Origin: Acidobacteriota bacterium
GTDB taxonomy: Bacteria; Acidobacteriota; Thermoanaerobaculia; Multivoradales; JBCCEF01
Reading direction: 5' to 3'
Length of the DNA stretch: 64,000 nt
NCBI GenBank assembly: GCA_039028635.1
Contig: JBCCHV010000019.1
Location: forward strand, 28,343 to 92,342
Both the position numbers and the translations under genes were made by a program. Positions 1-8,785 of the stretch are shown one piece after another (positions within the stretch are counted from its first letter, which is position 1; every line of letters starts with the position of its first letter). The notes below the pieces were generated by a model. It searched no databases. It saw only the letters and a program-made list of their open reading frames with translations, and was not told the DNA's origin.

Positions 1-172
1 ACGAGAACTCGGAAACCTGGCCCTCTAGTTCCCCAAGGTCCGCTCGTCACTACGGTCGGTGGCGGGCGACGCTGGGGCGACCGGGCGCTGATCGTGTCGG
101 AGGTCGCTTCGTCGAGCTCGATGTCGACGGCGGCCAGGCCGGTGTCGGCCGACCCGCCAGCCCGAGCTCCCC

Positions 173-973
173 CTAGCCGTAGCGCCCTTCGATGTAGTCG
201 GCGGTCTCCTGCTCTCGCGGGGTGACGAACATCTCTTCGGTGGCGGTGTGCTCGACCACTTTGCCGAGGAGCATGAAGATGCACTCTTCGCTGGCCCGCC
301 GCGCCTGCGCCATGTTGTGGGTGACGATCAGGATGGTGTAGTCACCCTTGAGATCCCAGAGCAGCTCCTCGACGGCTTCGGTGCCGGCGGGATCGAGGGC
401 CGAGCAGGGCTCGTCCATCAACAGCACCGTCGGCTTGTTGGGCAGCAAGCGGGCGATGCAGAGCTTCTGCTGCTCCTCGAGGGAGAGCGCCGTCGCTTCG
501 CTCCGCAAGCGATCCTTGACCTTGTCCCACAGCAGTACCTGGCGGAGGGCACCCTCGACGATCTCGTCCTCCTGAGATCGACTGAGCTTCTCCCCCTTCT
601 CGATAGCCAGGCGACTGCCGAACAGAACGTTGTCGCGGATCGACAGGGGCAGCGGATTGGGGCGCTGGAACACCATCCCCACCTGCCGCCGCACTTGGAC
701 TTTTTCAACCGTCGGATCGTAGATGTCGTGGCCGAGCACGTGGATGCTGCCGGTGGTTCGCACGTAGCCGAGGCGCTCGTTGATGCGGTTGACGCTGCGC
801 AGAAAGGTCGACTTGCCGCAGCCGGACGGCCCGATCAGCGACGTGATGGCCCCGGCCCGGATGTCGAGGTCGACATCGAAGAGAGCCTGGAAGGTGCCGT
901 ACCAGAGGTTGAGGTCACGGGTCCGAATGGCGAGCTCGGCAGCGTCCTGCGGGGTGGTTTCGGAATCAGCCAA
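173..973 (-). CDS. pstB: Phosphate ABC transporter ATP-binding protein PstB (distal of two tandem copies)
   Basis: 266 aa; Walker A GPSGCGKST, ABC signature and PstB-family N-terminus (LNLWYG...); its start overlaps the upstream pstB stop. Confidence 0.9.
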   Translation of the reverse strand: MADSETTPQDAAELAIRTRDLNLWYGTFQALFDVDLDIRAGAITSLIGPSGCGKSTFLRSVNRINERLGYVRTTGSIHVLGHDIYDPTVEKVQVRRQVGMVFQRPNPLPLSIRDNVLFGSRLAIEKGEKLSRSQEDEIVEGALRQVLLWDKVKDRLRSEATALSLEEQQKLCIARLLPNKPTVLLMDEPCSALDPAGTEAVEELLWDLKGDYTILIVTHNMAQARRASEECIFMLLGKVVEHTATEEMFVTPREQETADYIEGRYG

Positions 974-1751
974 AGCGCCCCTCCAGGTAGTCGCGGGTGC
1001 GGGTGTCCTCGACCTCGCCTTCGAACAGGGCCTCGGTCTCCCCCACCTCCACCAGCTCGCCGGTGAGGAAGAACGCGGTGCGATCGGCGAGGCGGCGGGC
1101 CTGCTGCACCAGATTGGTCACCAGCACGATGGTGATCTCGCTCTTGAGCTCCTTGAGGACATCTTCGATGCGCATGGTGGTCACCGGATCGACGGCGATC
1201 GAAAACTCGTCGAGGAGCAGCAGCTCGGGGTCCTGGGACAGGGCCCGGGCAATGGTCAAGCGCTGCTGCTGGCCGCCGGAGAGCAAACTGCCGAGGGAGT
1301 CGAGACGGTCCTTGACCTCATCCCACAGAGCGGCTCGGTGCAAACAGCGTTCCACCACCACGTCGAGATCCGCCTTGGCGCGCACGCCGGCCAGCCGCGG
1401 CGCCAGGGAGACGTTGTCGTAGATGGTCATCGGCAGCCCCACCGGCAGCGGAAACACCACCCCGATGCGGCTGCGCAGGGCATAGACGTTGCGCCAGCGG
1501 CGAATGTCCCGGCCGTTGAAGCGAATCGAGCCGTCGACCCGCATGCCAGCGGTGAACAGGTCCATGCGGTTGAGGGCGCGCAGGAACGAGGTCTTGCCGC
1601 TGTTGGCCGGCCCGACGACGCCGAAGATCTCGTTCTCGCGGATCTCCAGGTCGACCCCGCCGAGGGCGAGGTGCGAGCCGTAGCGAATCGACAGCCCTTC
1701 GACCTCGACCTTGGGCCGGTCCGGCGCCGCCTCGGAAGCCACCGCTACCAC
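966..1751 (-). CDS. pstB: Phosphate ABC transporter ATP-binding protein PstB paralog (proximal copy, variant Walker A GPANSGKTS)
   Basis: 261 aa with full ABC ATPase motifs (LSGGQQQR, D-loop) and PstB-like length; start overlaps pstA stop. Confidence 0.85.
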   Translation of the reverse strand: MVAVASEAAPDRPKVEVEGLSIRYGSHLALGGVDLEIRENEIFGVVGPANSGKTSFLRALNRMDLFTAGMRVDGSIRFNGRDIRRWRNVYALRSRIGVVFPLPVGLPMTIYDNVSLAPRLAGVRAKADLDVVVERCLHRAALWDEVKDRLDSLGSLLSGGQQQRLTIARALSQDPELLLLDEFSIAVDPVTTMRIEDVLKELKSEITIVLVTNLVQQARRLADRTAFFLTGELVEVGETEALFEGEVEDTRTRDYLEGRFG

Positions 1752-2614
1752 TTCTTCTTCCCCCGCAGGTAGGTGCGGAAGGCGATCGACAGAGCGTTCA
1801 TGGCGAGCACCATGCCGATCAAAACCAGGGCGACGCCGAAGGGCAGCCGCTCCGGCACCCCGGGCACCTGGGTCGAGATGACGAACAAGTGGAGCGACAT
1901 CGCCATGGTCTGGTCGAAGACGCTCTGCGGCAAGAAGGGCAAGAAGAAGGCCGCGCCGGTGAACATGATTGGCGCGGTCTCACCGGTGGTGCGCGAGACC
2001 TCCAGGATGACGCCGGTCAGGATGCCGCTGATCGAGTTCGGCAGCACCACGTGGCGGATCGTCTGCCAGCGCGTCGCGCCCATATTCCAGCAGGCCTCGC
2101 GAAAGGCCTGCGGCACCGCCTGCATCGACTCCCGGGCCGACACGATCACCACTGGCAGAGTCATCACCGCCAACGTCAGGCTGGCCGCCAAGATGCTGGT
2201 TCCGAAGCGGAAGAAGAGCACGAAGGCACCGACGCCGAAGAGGGCGTGAACGATCGACGGCACGCCGGCGAGGTTGATGATCGCCAGGTTGATGGAGCGG
2301 GTCAGCCAGTTGTCCGGGGCGTACTCGCTGAGGTAGAGGGCGGCCGCCACGCCGATCGGCACCGAGGCCAGCAGCGCCACCGCCACCAGCCAGACGGTCC
2401 CCACCAGGGCCGGGAAGATTCCGCCGGCGGTCATGCCATCCTTGGGCTCCGTGAAAAGGAAGTCGATCGACAGCACCGGACCGCCTTCCCACAGCAAGAC
2501 CCCGAGGATGATGATCACCGGCAGGATCAGCACCACCGTCATCCACAGGAAGAGGAGCTTGTAGAGGCGCTCGATCTTCTGATTTCTTTGGTCGAGATGG
2601 GTTGCCGCGAACAT
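1745..2614 (-). CDS. pstA: Phosphate ABC transporter permease PstA
   Basis: 289 aa polytopic membrane protein with the PstA-family EAA-loop region; sits between pstC and pstB. Confidence 0.9.
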   Translation of the reverse strand: MFAATHLDQRNQKIERLYKLLFLWMTVVLILPVIIILGVLLWEGGPVLSIDFLFTEPKDGMTAGGIFPALVGTVWLVAVALLASVPIGVAAALYLSEYAPDNWLTRSINLAIINLAGVPSIVHALFGVGAFVLFFRFGTSILAASLTLAVMTLPVVIVSARESMQAVPQAFREACWNMGATRWQTIRHVVLPNSISGILTGVILEVSRTTGETAPIMFTGAAFFLPFLPQSVFDQTMAMSLHLFVISTQVPGVPERLPFGVALVLIGMVLAMNALSIAFRTYLRGKKKW

Positions 2615-2620
2615 GGCGCG

Positions 2621-3523
2621 CTACCTCTTGCGGATACCGCGGACCACGAGGTCGGCGGTCAGGTTGATGACGAAGGTGACGATGAAGAGCAGGATGCCGA
2701 GGGTAAAGAGAGCGCCGTAGTGATCCGATCCGACGGCCGTTTCGCCGAGCTCGGCGGCGATGGTGGCGGTCAGCGCGCGCACCGAGTCGAAGACGCTGGT
2801 CGGCAAATTCACCGAATGGCCGCTCGCCATCAACACCGCCATGGTCTCGCCGAAGCCTCGCCCCACGCCGAGCAGCACCGCCGCCACCAGGCCGTTCTTG
2901 GCCGCCGGCAGCACCACCCGGGAAATCACCTGCCAGCGCGTCGCGCCGAGCGCTTCGGCGGCCTCGCGATAGCTCTCCGGCACCGCTTTGAGGGCGTCCT
3001 CGGCGATGGTGGTCATGATCGGCGCCGCCATCAGGCCCAGGATCACGCCGGAGTTGAGGATGTTGAGGCCCACCGGCACATTGAACAGATCGATGATCAG
3101 GGGGTTCATGATGCTCAGACCGATGAAGCCCCAGACCACCGACGGAATCGCCGCCAGCATCTCCACCAGAACCTTGAGAATCTCGCGCCGCCGGCCGGTG
3201 GCGAACTCACCGATATAGATCGCCGCCCCGAGGGAGAACGGCACCGCCACCAGCATCGCCAGACCGGTGACGCTGGCGGTGCCAGCGATCAGTGCCAAGG
3301 CGCCGTAGGTCGGGTTGTGATCCGAGGTCGGGCGCCAGCGCGGCGAGGTCAGCAGCTCGCCGACATCGAGGGTCGAGAGAATGAACGGCAGCCCCTCCTT
3401 GGCGATGAAGGCGAAGATGCCGAGAATGAAGAGAACCGCCGAGATGCCGCCGAGGAAGACCAGCACCTGGACTCCCTTGTCGACATACCAGGCCGCCGTG
3501 CGACGATCTTCCGCCCGTTCCAC
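2621..3523 (-). CDS. pstC: Phosphate ABC transporter permease PstC
   Basis: 300 aa permease with PstC-like TM pattern and EAA motif (RYREAAEALGATRWQ). Confidence 0.9.
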   Translation of the reverse strand: MERAEDRRTAAWYVDKGVQVLVFLGGISAVLFILGIFAFIAKEGLPFILSTLDVGELLTSPRWRPTSDHNPTYGALALIAGTASVTGLAMLVAVPFSLGAAIYIGEFATGRRREILKVLVEMLAAIPSVVWGFIGLSIMNPLIIDLFNVPVGLNILNSGVILGLMAAPIMTTIAEDALKAVPESYREAAEALGATRWQVISRVVLPAAKNGLVAAVLLGVGRGFGETMAVLMASGHSVNLPTSVFDSVRALTATIAAELGETAVGSDHYGALFTLGILLFIVTFVINLTADLVVRGIRKR

Positions 3524-3525
3524 GG

Positions 3526-4614
3526 TCAGAGGTTCTCCGCCCCGCGCAGGCGCTCCATCAGCTCGCGCAATCGATGGGCCAGATCGCGATAGCAGTTCTC
3601 GAGGCGCGGCGCCGCGCGTTCCGGATCGAGGTCGCCGAGATCGAGGGCGACGTCCCAGGACAGCAGCACGGTGCGGAAGGGCACCTGCAGATGCCCTCGG
3701 CCGTCACCGGAGAGATCGACGATCACGTGGTAGGCCTCCAGCTCGTCGCCCTGCGGCTCGAGGGCTTTGGGCTCGAGAGCGGCGAGGTCGAAGCCGCGAC
3801 GGGAAAGAAAGGCGGCGACGCGCGAATCGGCGGCCGTCGCCGGCGCCCAGCCGGCAGAGGCGAACTCCCCGGAATCGGCGAAGGAGTCGCGGGCCAGGGC
3901 CTCGGCGATCAGGCTGGCGCCATCGTTGGCGGCCTCGACGAAGAGCACCCGAAAGTGCTTCGGGGCCTTGGTTTCGCCGGTGACGATGAAGATCGTCTCC
4001 TCGCAGAGGTTCTTGGCCTGGTCACTGACCCGCTCGAGGCCCTTGAGGGCGGCCTGCAGGGCCAGCAGGTCCTGCAGCTCCTGTTGCCCCTTTTCGCCGG
4101 CCTGCAGCAGGTCGGAAAGCACTTTGCGGTAGAGGGCATCGGACTGCCGCGCCATCGGCAGGGTGCCGCGGGCGAGGTCGCTGTTGCCCTCGCGGAAGGC
4201 GGCGATGGCCTGGCGCAGCATCGCCCGGCTCTGCTGTGCCAGCAGCTCGACGTCGTCGGCGAGGAGCTCCGGCAGCGGCGCCGAGATGCGCACCGCTTCG
4301 CGCGAGATGGTCACGGCGTAGTCGCCGATCCGCTCGAGCTCGAGGTTCAGGCGCAGCACCGAGGAAACGAAGCGCAGGTGACCGGCGCTGGGCAGGTGCA
4401 GGGCGACGAAGGAGTGGCAGCGCCGATCGATCTCGCGGCTGGCGCGGTTGATCGCGTGATCCCCGAGAATGGTCTCCCCGGCGAGCTCGAAATCGCGCCG
4501 CACCAGGGCCTGGACGGCATCGCCGAGGGCCGCCTCGACGGCCTCCCCCATCGCTCCGACGCGTGCCCGAATGTCCTCCAGGTCGGCCTCGAGGCGTTGT
4601 TCCAAATGACTCAT
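3526..4614 (-). CDS. phoU: PhoU-family phosphate signalling protein fused to a C-terminal degenerate LMW-PTP/ArsC-like domain
   Basis: Residues 1-215 carry two PhoU repeats (ELERIGDYAVTI and GLERVSDQAKNL). Residues ~225-362 have the LMW-phosphatase fold signature (VLFVEAANDGASLIAEA aligns to the V-C-x-G-N-x-C-R-S P-loop, but Cys and Arg are replaced; the downstream DLDP Asp-Pro loop is retained). Sits between pstS and pstC. Confidence 0.8.
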   Translation of the reverse strand: MSHLEQRLEADLEDIRARVGAMGEAVEAALGDAVQALVRRDFELAGETILGDHAINRASREIDRRCHSFVALHLPSAGHLRFVSSVLRLNLELERIGDYAVTISREAVRISAPLPELLADDVELLAQQSRAMLRQAIAAFREGNSDLARGTLPMARQSDALYRKVLSDLLQAGEKGQQELQDLLALQAALKGLERVSDQAKNLCEETIFIVTGETKAPKHFRVLFVEAANDGASLIAEALARDSFADSGEFASAGWAPATAADSRVAAFLSRRGFDLAALEPKALEPQGDELEAYHVIVDLSGDGRGHLQVPFRTVLLSWDVALDLGDLDPERAAPRLENCYRDLAHRLRELMERLRGAENL

Positions 4615-4728
4615 GTCAACCTTCTTCCTTTGACTTCCCGACGGCAGCGCCGGAGGACCAGCGGAGAGGTGGTCTCGGAGCCCGGTCGGTGAGCAGCGAA
4701 CAGCGCCGGGGCGAGCCCCGGCAGAGAT

Positions 4729-5643
4729 CTAGACGCAGTCGACCTCGACCGCCGGGGCGTAGCCCTTCTCGGCGATGATGCACTGACCGGTCGGGCTCAG
4801 AATCCAGTCCAGATAAGCCTTGACGGCGCCCTCCGGCTCGCCGGAGGTATACATGAAGAGCGGTCGCGCGATCGGGTAGGAGCGATCGACGGCGGTCTCG
4901 ACGGATGGTGAGACGCACCCGGATCCGGCCTCCTCACCTTCTTCTCCCTCCGCCGACTCGCCGGTGACGATGCACGCCATCTTGACGCCATGGGTGGCGT
5001 AGGCCAGGCCGGAGTAGCCGATCGCGCAGGGGGTCTTCTCGACCAGGTCGACGACGTCCTTCGAGCCGTGCATGTCGCGGGTGCCGAGACGGTAATCGCG
5101 CTCCTTACCGAGTACCGTGTCTTTGAAGTAGACGTAGGTGCCAGAGTTGTTCTGGCGGCTGACGATGACGATCTCGTCGCTGTCGCAACCCGGCACCTCG
5201 ACGCCGAGCTGGCTCCAGGACTCGACCGTCGCCCCCTCGCCGTAGATGTCGGCGAGCTGCTCGAGGCTCATCGTGTCGATCGGATTGTCGGCGTGCAGAT
5301 AGACCGCCAGCGCGTCATAACCGACGATGTGCTGCTTCGGTTCGACGCCGTTGGCGCGCGCCGACTCGAGCTCCCGATCCTTCATCGCGCGGCTCGAGCT
5401 GGCGATGTCGACGGTGCCATTGATCATCGCCGAGATACCGGTTCCGGAGCCACCGCCGGTAACCGCCACGGCGACGTTCGGAGCCACCTCTTTGTAGTTC
5501 TCGGCCCACGCCTGGGCGACGTTGACCAGGGTGTCCGAGCCCTTGTTCTGAATGATCGTGCGGCCCGCCCGGCTGCCGTCCTCGGCAGGCCGTCCACAAG
5601 CGGCGAGCAACAGAATTGCGCATACAGCGGCCAGGTGTCTCAT
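4729..5643 (-). CDS. pstS: Phosphate-binding periplasmic protein PstS (lipoprotein)
   Basis: PstS/PBP-family sequence; signal peptide with lipobox LLAAC. Start chosen at MRHL (GGAGG 7 nt upstream) rather than the ORF-track Met 6 codons earlier. Confidence 0.85.
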   Translation of the reverse strand: MRHLAAVCAILLLAACGRPAEDGSRAGRTIIQNKGSDTLVNVAQAWAENYKEVAPNVAVAVTGGGSGTGISAMINGTVDIASSSRAMKDRELESARANGVEPKQHIVGYDALAVYLHADNPIDTMSLEQLADIYGEGATVESWSQLGVEVPGCDSDEIVIVSRQNNSGTYVYFKDTVLGKERDYRLGTRDMHGSKDVVDLVEKTPCAIGYSGLAYATHGVKMACIVTGESAEGEEGEEAGSGCVSPSVETAVDRSYPIARPLFMYTSGEPEGAVKAYLDWILSPTGQCIIAEKGYAPAVEVDCV

Positions 5644-5697
5644 AGAGACCTCCAGGTTCATGATTCCAGATTAGAGAAAGGCTCAGAAGGCCAAAAA

Positions 5698-8124
5698 TCA
5701 AACCAAATCGAAGAGTCGCCCCAACAGCATCTGAAGCGGAAACCGCTGAAGACTACCACCCACGGCGGCGTGCTCGTCATAGACCTGCACGGCGTCCGCC
5801 TCGATGCCTTCTCCCCAGATCAGAACCGGCAGCGGATCGGCGGCGTGCTGACCGCTTTCGGAGAGGGTGGCGTGGTCCGAAGCGACCGCCACCCGGAGCG
5901 GCCCGGAGGTGCTCTCGAGCAGCTCACCGAGGGCTCCGTCGACGCGCTCGAGGAACTCCACCTTGAGATCCGGCCGGCGATCGTGGGCCGCGATGTCGGC
6001 CCCCTTGACGTGCACGACCACCAGGTCGCCGCGGCGCAGATGATCGGCCGCGAAATTCAGCTTGGTCGCCAGGTCGGTGTCGAGATTAGCGGTCATCGCC
6101 GGCGTCGAAACGATCTCGGCGCCGAGCCAACGCGCCAGGCCGAGCACCGTGCGATCGCCGGAGATGCAGGCCAGGCGTAGTGGATCTCCGCCGGACTCGA
6201 GAGGGATCAAGCGGTGGGGCCGGCCGGCACCGCGGGTCAGTACGGCATTGGCCATCGGCTGACCGGCCCCGTGGCGGCGGCGGTTCACCGGATGGTCGGC
6301 CAGCAGGCGACGCGCCTCTTCCTCGAAAAGCGCCAGAATCCGCGCTGTGTAGACCGCCCGCGGATCGTCCGGATCGGTCGATTGCGGCGTCAACGGACGC
6401 TGCCCGAGGGCCCCATCGCCGGGATCGCTGCCGCCGATGGCCGACGACAGTCCCTCGCCCCGGAGGACCACCGCCAGGCGATGCTCCGTCGCGGCCTTGA
6501 CCCGCACCTCGGCCTCGTCCGCCAGGCTGCCCGGCAGGGGCAAGCGGTCGAGCACGGCGGCGAGCTCTTCCGTATCGAGGCGAATGCGTCCGGCGCGGCG
6601 GTCGATCACTCGCCCGTCGGCGTCGAGGGTGGCGAAGTTGCCGCGCAGGGCGACATCGCCGGCGGAGAGCTCGACGCCGGCCCCGAGGGCTTCCACGGGA
6701 CCACGCTTGAGGGCCAGCGGAGACTGTCCGAAAAGGGCCAGGCTGCCGGCCGCCGTGTCCGGGACCACTCCCGGAGAGATGGGGTCGGCGAGGCCGCAGC
6801 GACCTTCCCGGGCGAGGCGATCGAGGGTTGGCGTCTCGGCCGCCTGCAGCGGTGTCCGCCCGCCGAGGGAGCGCACCGGCCGATCCGCCATGCCGTCGAT
6901 GATCAGCAGCAGGGTCGGCCCCTTGACGCTCTCCGGCTCGACCTCTTCCTGGGCCAAGGCGGGCAGCCGGCGTTCGAGCAGACCGGTGATCAGGCGCAGG
7001 CTCTCGGCCACCGGCAGCTCACCTCGGGAGGTGTCGAGGAGTGGCACGTCGTGCAGCTCCGCCTGCTGCAAGACGTGGTCGTGAATCGCCCGGATGGCGC
7101 CGAAGCTCTCGACGTAGCGTTCCGCCCGGCGCCCGCCGAGACGAGCGCGAGAGAGAAAGCGCGGTCGATGGGCCTCGGCATCGAGGGTGCCGAGGATCAA
7201 GGGAACTTGATACACCGCGCCCTCGAGGTCGCCGAAAGGAATCAGTGGCGGATAGAGATGAACCCCTTCCACCAGGACGCTGAGGTTTTCAGCGATGGCG
7301 CGTTCCACCACCGCCCGCACGCCGACGGCGACGCGCGTCGCCTGCTCCTCGAAGGAGGCCAGCAGGCGCTCTCCCCCTTCGAGACCGTCCGTCGCCGCGA
7401 CGCCGTCGGCGGTCTCGAAGCTGGATGTATGGAGCGCCGGCAGGATGGCCGAAGAGAAGACCATCCGCATCACCTGGCGAATGGTGTCGGTGGCGGTGAC
7501 GCGGTAGATGCGCAGCAGCGGCGCGAGCTCGAGGGCGAGGGTCGACTTGCCCGTCCCGCTGGCCCCCCCGAGGTAGATCACCAGCGGTCGCGGCAAGCGC
7601 GAGATCCGCCGCACCAGGCGGTAGCGACGGGCCGCGTCGGGCCCTTCGAAGCGCTCGAGGAGGGCGCCCATGCGGCGGGCGATCTCGGCGCTCGGCAACA
7701 CCTCGACGCCCTCCGCCCGCAGCTCACCGCGCAGCTCGACGACCAGCCGATAGGCGCGATCGAGGTCGACGCCGGCAGCGAGCACGCTGCGCGCCAATAA
7801 GCCACGAGAAAAGGGCTGCTTCTCGCCGTGGTAGACAACGAACAGGTCCGGCGCCGGCCGCGCCGGCAGGACCGCTTCGCCGGCCAGACCCTCGAGATGG
7901 AGGTCGACGAGGTCGCGAATCTCCGCCGTCGTCACCTCGTCGCGATCACCGAAGTGATCCCGAATCGCCCGCGCCGAGGCGTAGGCGCTGTCGAAGTCGA
8001 GACCGCGCTGCATCAAATCGTGGGTCACCATGCCGCGCAAGAATCGCTGTCGATTACCGCGCGAGGTCACCACCGTCAAGGCGCGGCGTCGGCCGCGCTC
8101 ACCACTGCTGCTCTGGCGACTCAA
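5698..8124 (-). CDS. Fusion protein: 2-phosphoglycerate kinase (ATP-cone + P-loop kinase) :: archaeal-type cofactor-independent phosphoglycerate mutase (ApgM-like)
   Basis: N-terminal half has the 2PGK signature (YLGGASGTGKSTLALELA...RVTATDTIRQVMR...LHTSSF). C-terminal half opens with the ApgM hallmark (LLLIIDGMADRP...TPL..A.TP.LD.LA..G..GL.DP). Its ATG overlaps the sixA-like stop (ATGA). Confidence 0.8.
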   Translation of the reverse strand: MSRQSSSGERGRRRALTVVTSRGNRQRFLRGMVTHDLMQRGLDFDSAYASARAIRDHFGDRDEVTTAEIRDLVDLHLEGLAGEAVLPARPAPDLFVVYHGEKQPFSRGLLARSVLAAGVDLDRAYRLVVELRGELRAEGVEVLPSAEIARRMGALLERFEGPDAARRYRLVRRISRLPRPLVIYLGGASGTGKSTLALELAPLLRIYRVTATDTIRQVMRMVFSSAILPALHTSSFETADGVAATDGLEGGERLLASFEEQATRVAVGVRAVVERAIAENLSVLVEGVHLYPPLIPFGDLEGAVYQVPLILGTLDAEAHRPRFLSRARLGGRRAERYVESFGAIRAIHDHVLQQAELHDVPLLDTSRGELPVAESLRLITGLLERRLPALAQEEVEPESVKGPTLLLIIDGMADRPVRSLGGRTPLQAAETPTLDRLAREGRCGLADPISPGVVPDTAAGSLALFGQSPLALKRGPVEALGAGVELSAGDVALRGNFATLDADGRVIDRRAGRIRLDTEELAAVLDRLPLPGSLADEAEVRVKAATEHRLAVVLRGEGLSSAIGGSDPGDGALGQRPLTPQSTDPDDPRAVYTARILALFEEEARRLLADHPVNRRRHGAGQPMANAVLTRGAGRPHRLIPLESGGDPLRLACISGDRTVLGLARWLGAEIVSTPAMTANLDTDLATKLNFAADHLRRGDLVVVHVKGADIAAHDRRPDLKVEFLERVDGALGELLESTSGPLRVAVASDHATLSESGQHAADPLPVLIWGEGIEADAVQVYDEHAAVGGSLQRFPLQMLLGRLFDLV

Positions 8125-8639
8125 GGTGCCTCCTCCCAGCGCTGCAGGATTTTCGGGGTCACCAGCCAGCGCAGCTCACCGCGGCCGGCCGCCGGCTCAG
8201 CCCAGCTCTCGAGGGGTAAATCGATGCGCGCCAAGGCCGCCGTCGGGAAACGAAAGTCGCCGCCGCCGACCAGGCGGCGCAGCAGCTCCGAGAAGGTCGG
8301 CTGGTGACCGACCAGCAGAACCCGGCGCAGGGAGTCATCGAATCCCGGCAGCCAATGCTCCAACAGGCCCTCGACGGACTCGGAGTAGATCTCTTCGGCC
8401 ACCGCCACGGGGCGATTCCAAGCCCCCGCCGAGGCCGCCAGCTCGAGGGTCCGCCGGGCCCGCTCGGCCGGCGACGCGATGGCGAGATCGGGCAACGGCC
8501 CGGCCGCGGCGAGAAACCGTCCGATGGTGAGGGCTGCCCGCCGCCCCCGAGGATTGAGCGGACGCTGCCGGTCGTCGTCGTGCTGCACCGTCCAGTCGGA
8601 CTTACCGTGGCGGAGCAGGAGTAGGGTTCGTCGCGTCAC
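8121..8639 (-). CDS. Histidine-phosphatase-superfamily protein (SixA / phosphoglycerate-mutase-like)
   Basis: 172 aa; RHG motif (LLLLRHGKSDW) and a conserved His further down (LLVGHQPTFSE); SixA-like size. Confidence 0.75.
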   Translation of the reverse strand: MTRRTLLLLRHGKSDWTVQHDDDRQRPLNPRGRRAALTIGRFLAAAGPLPDLAIASPAERARRTLELAASAGAWNRPVAVAEEIYSESVEGLLEHWLPGFDDSLRRVLLVGHQPTFSELLRRLVGGGDFRFPTAALARIDLPLESWAEPAAGRGELRWLVTPKILQRWEEAP

Positions 8640-8785
8640 CAGTCATCCGAGTCCTATGCAAGGCGGCAACTCGCCGGCCGTGGGTCTGAATCGCCTACAA
8701 TTTGACAGGCTTCCCAAGGCAGAGCAACCGCCGCTGCTGCAACACCGCTGTCACAGCCCTCTGCTAGCTTCCGAAAGGCGCCCGA

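Noticed and set aside
8640-8785. Pho box upstream of the pst operon or ppk
   Set aside because: Only partial matches (CTGTCAC...CTCTGCT) to the enteric CTGTCAT-N4-CTGTCAT consensus. They are too weak to call without comparative data.
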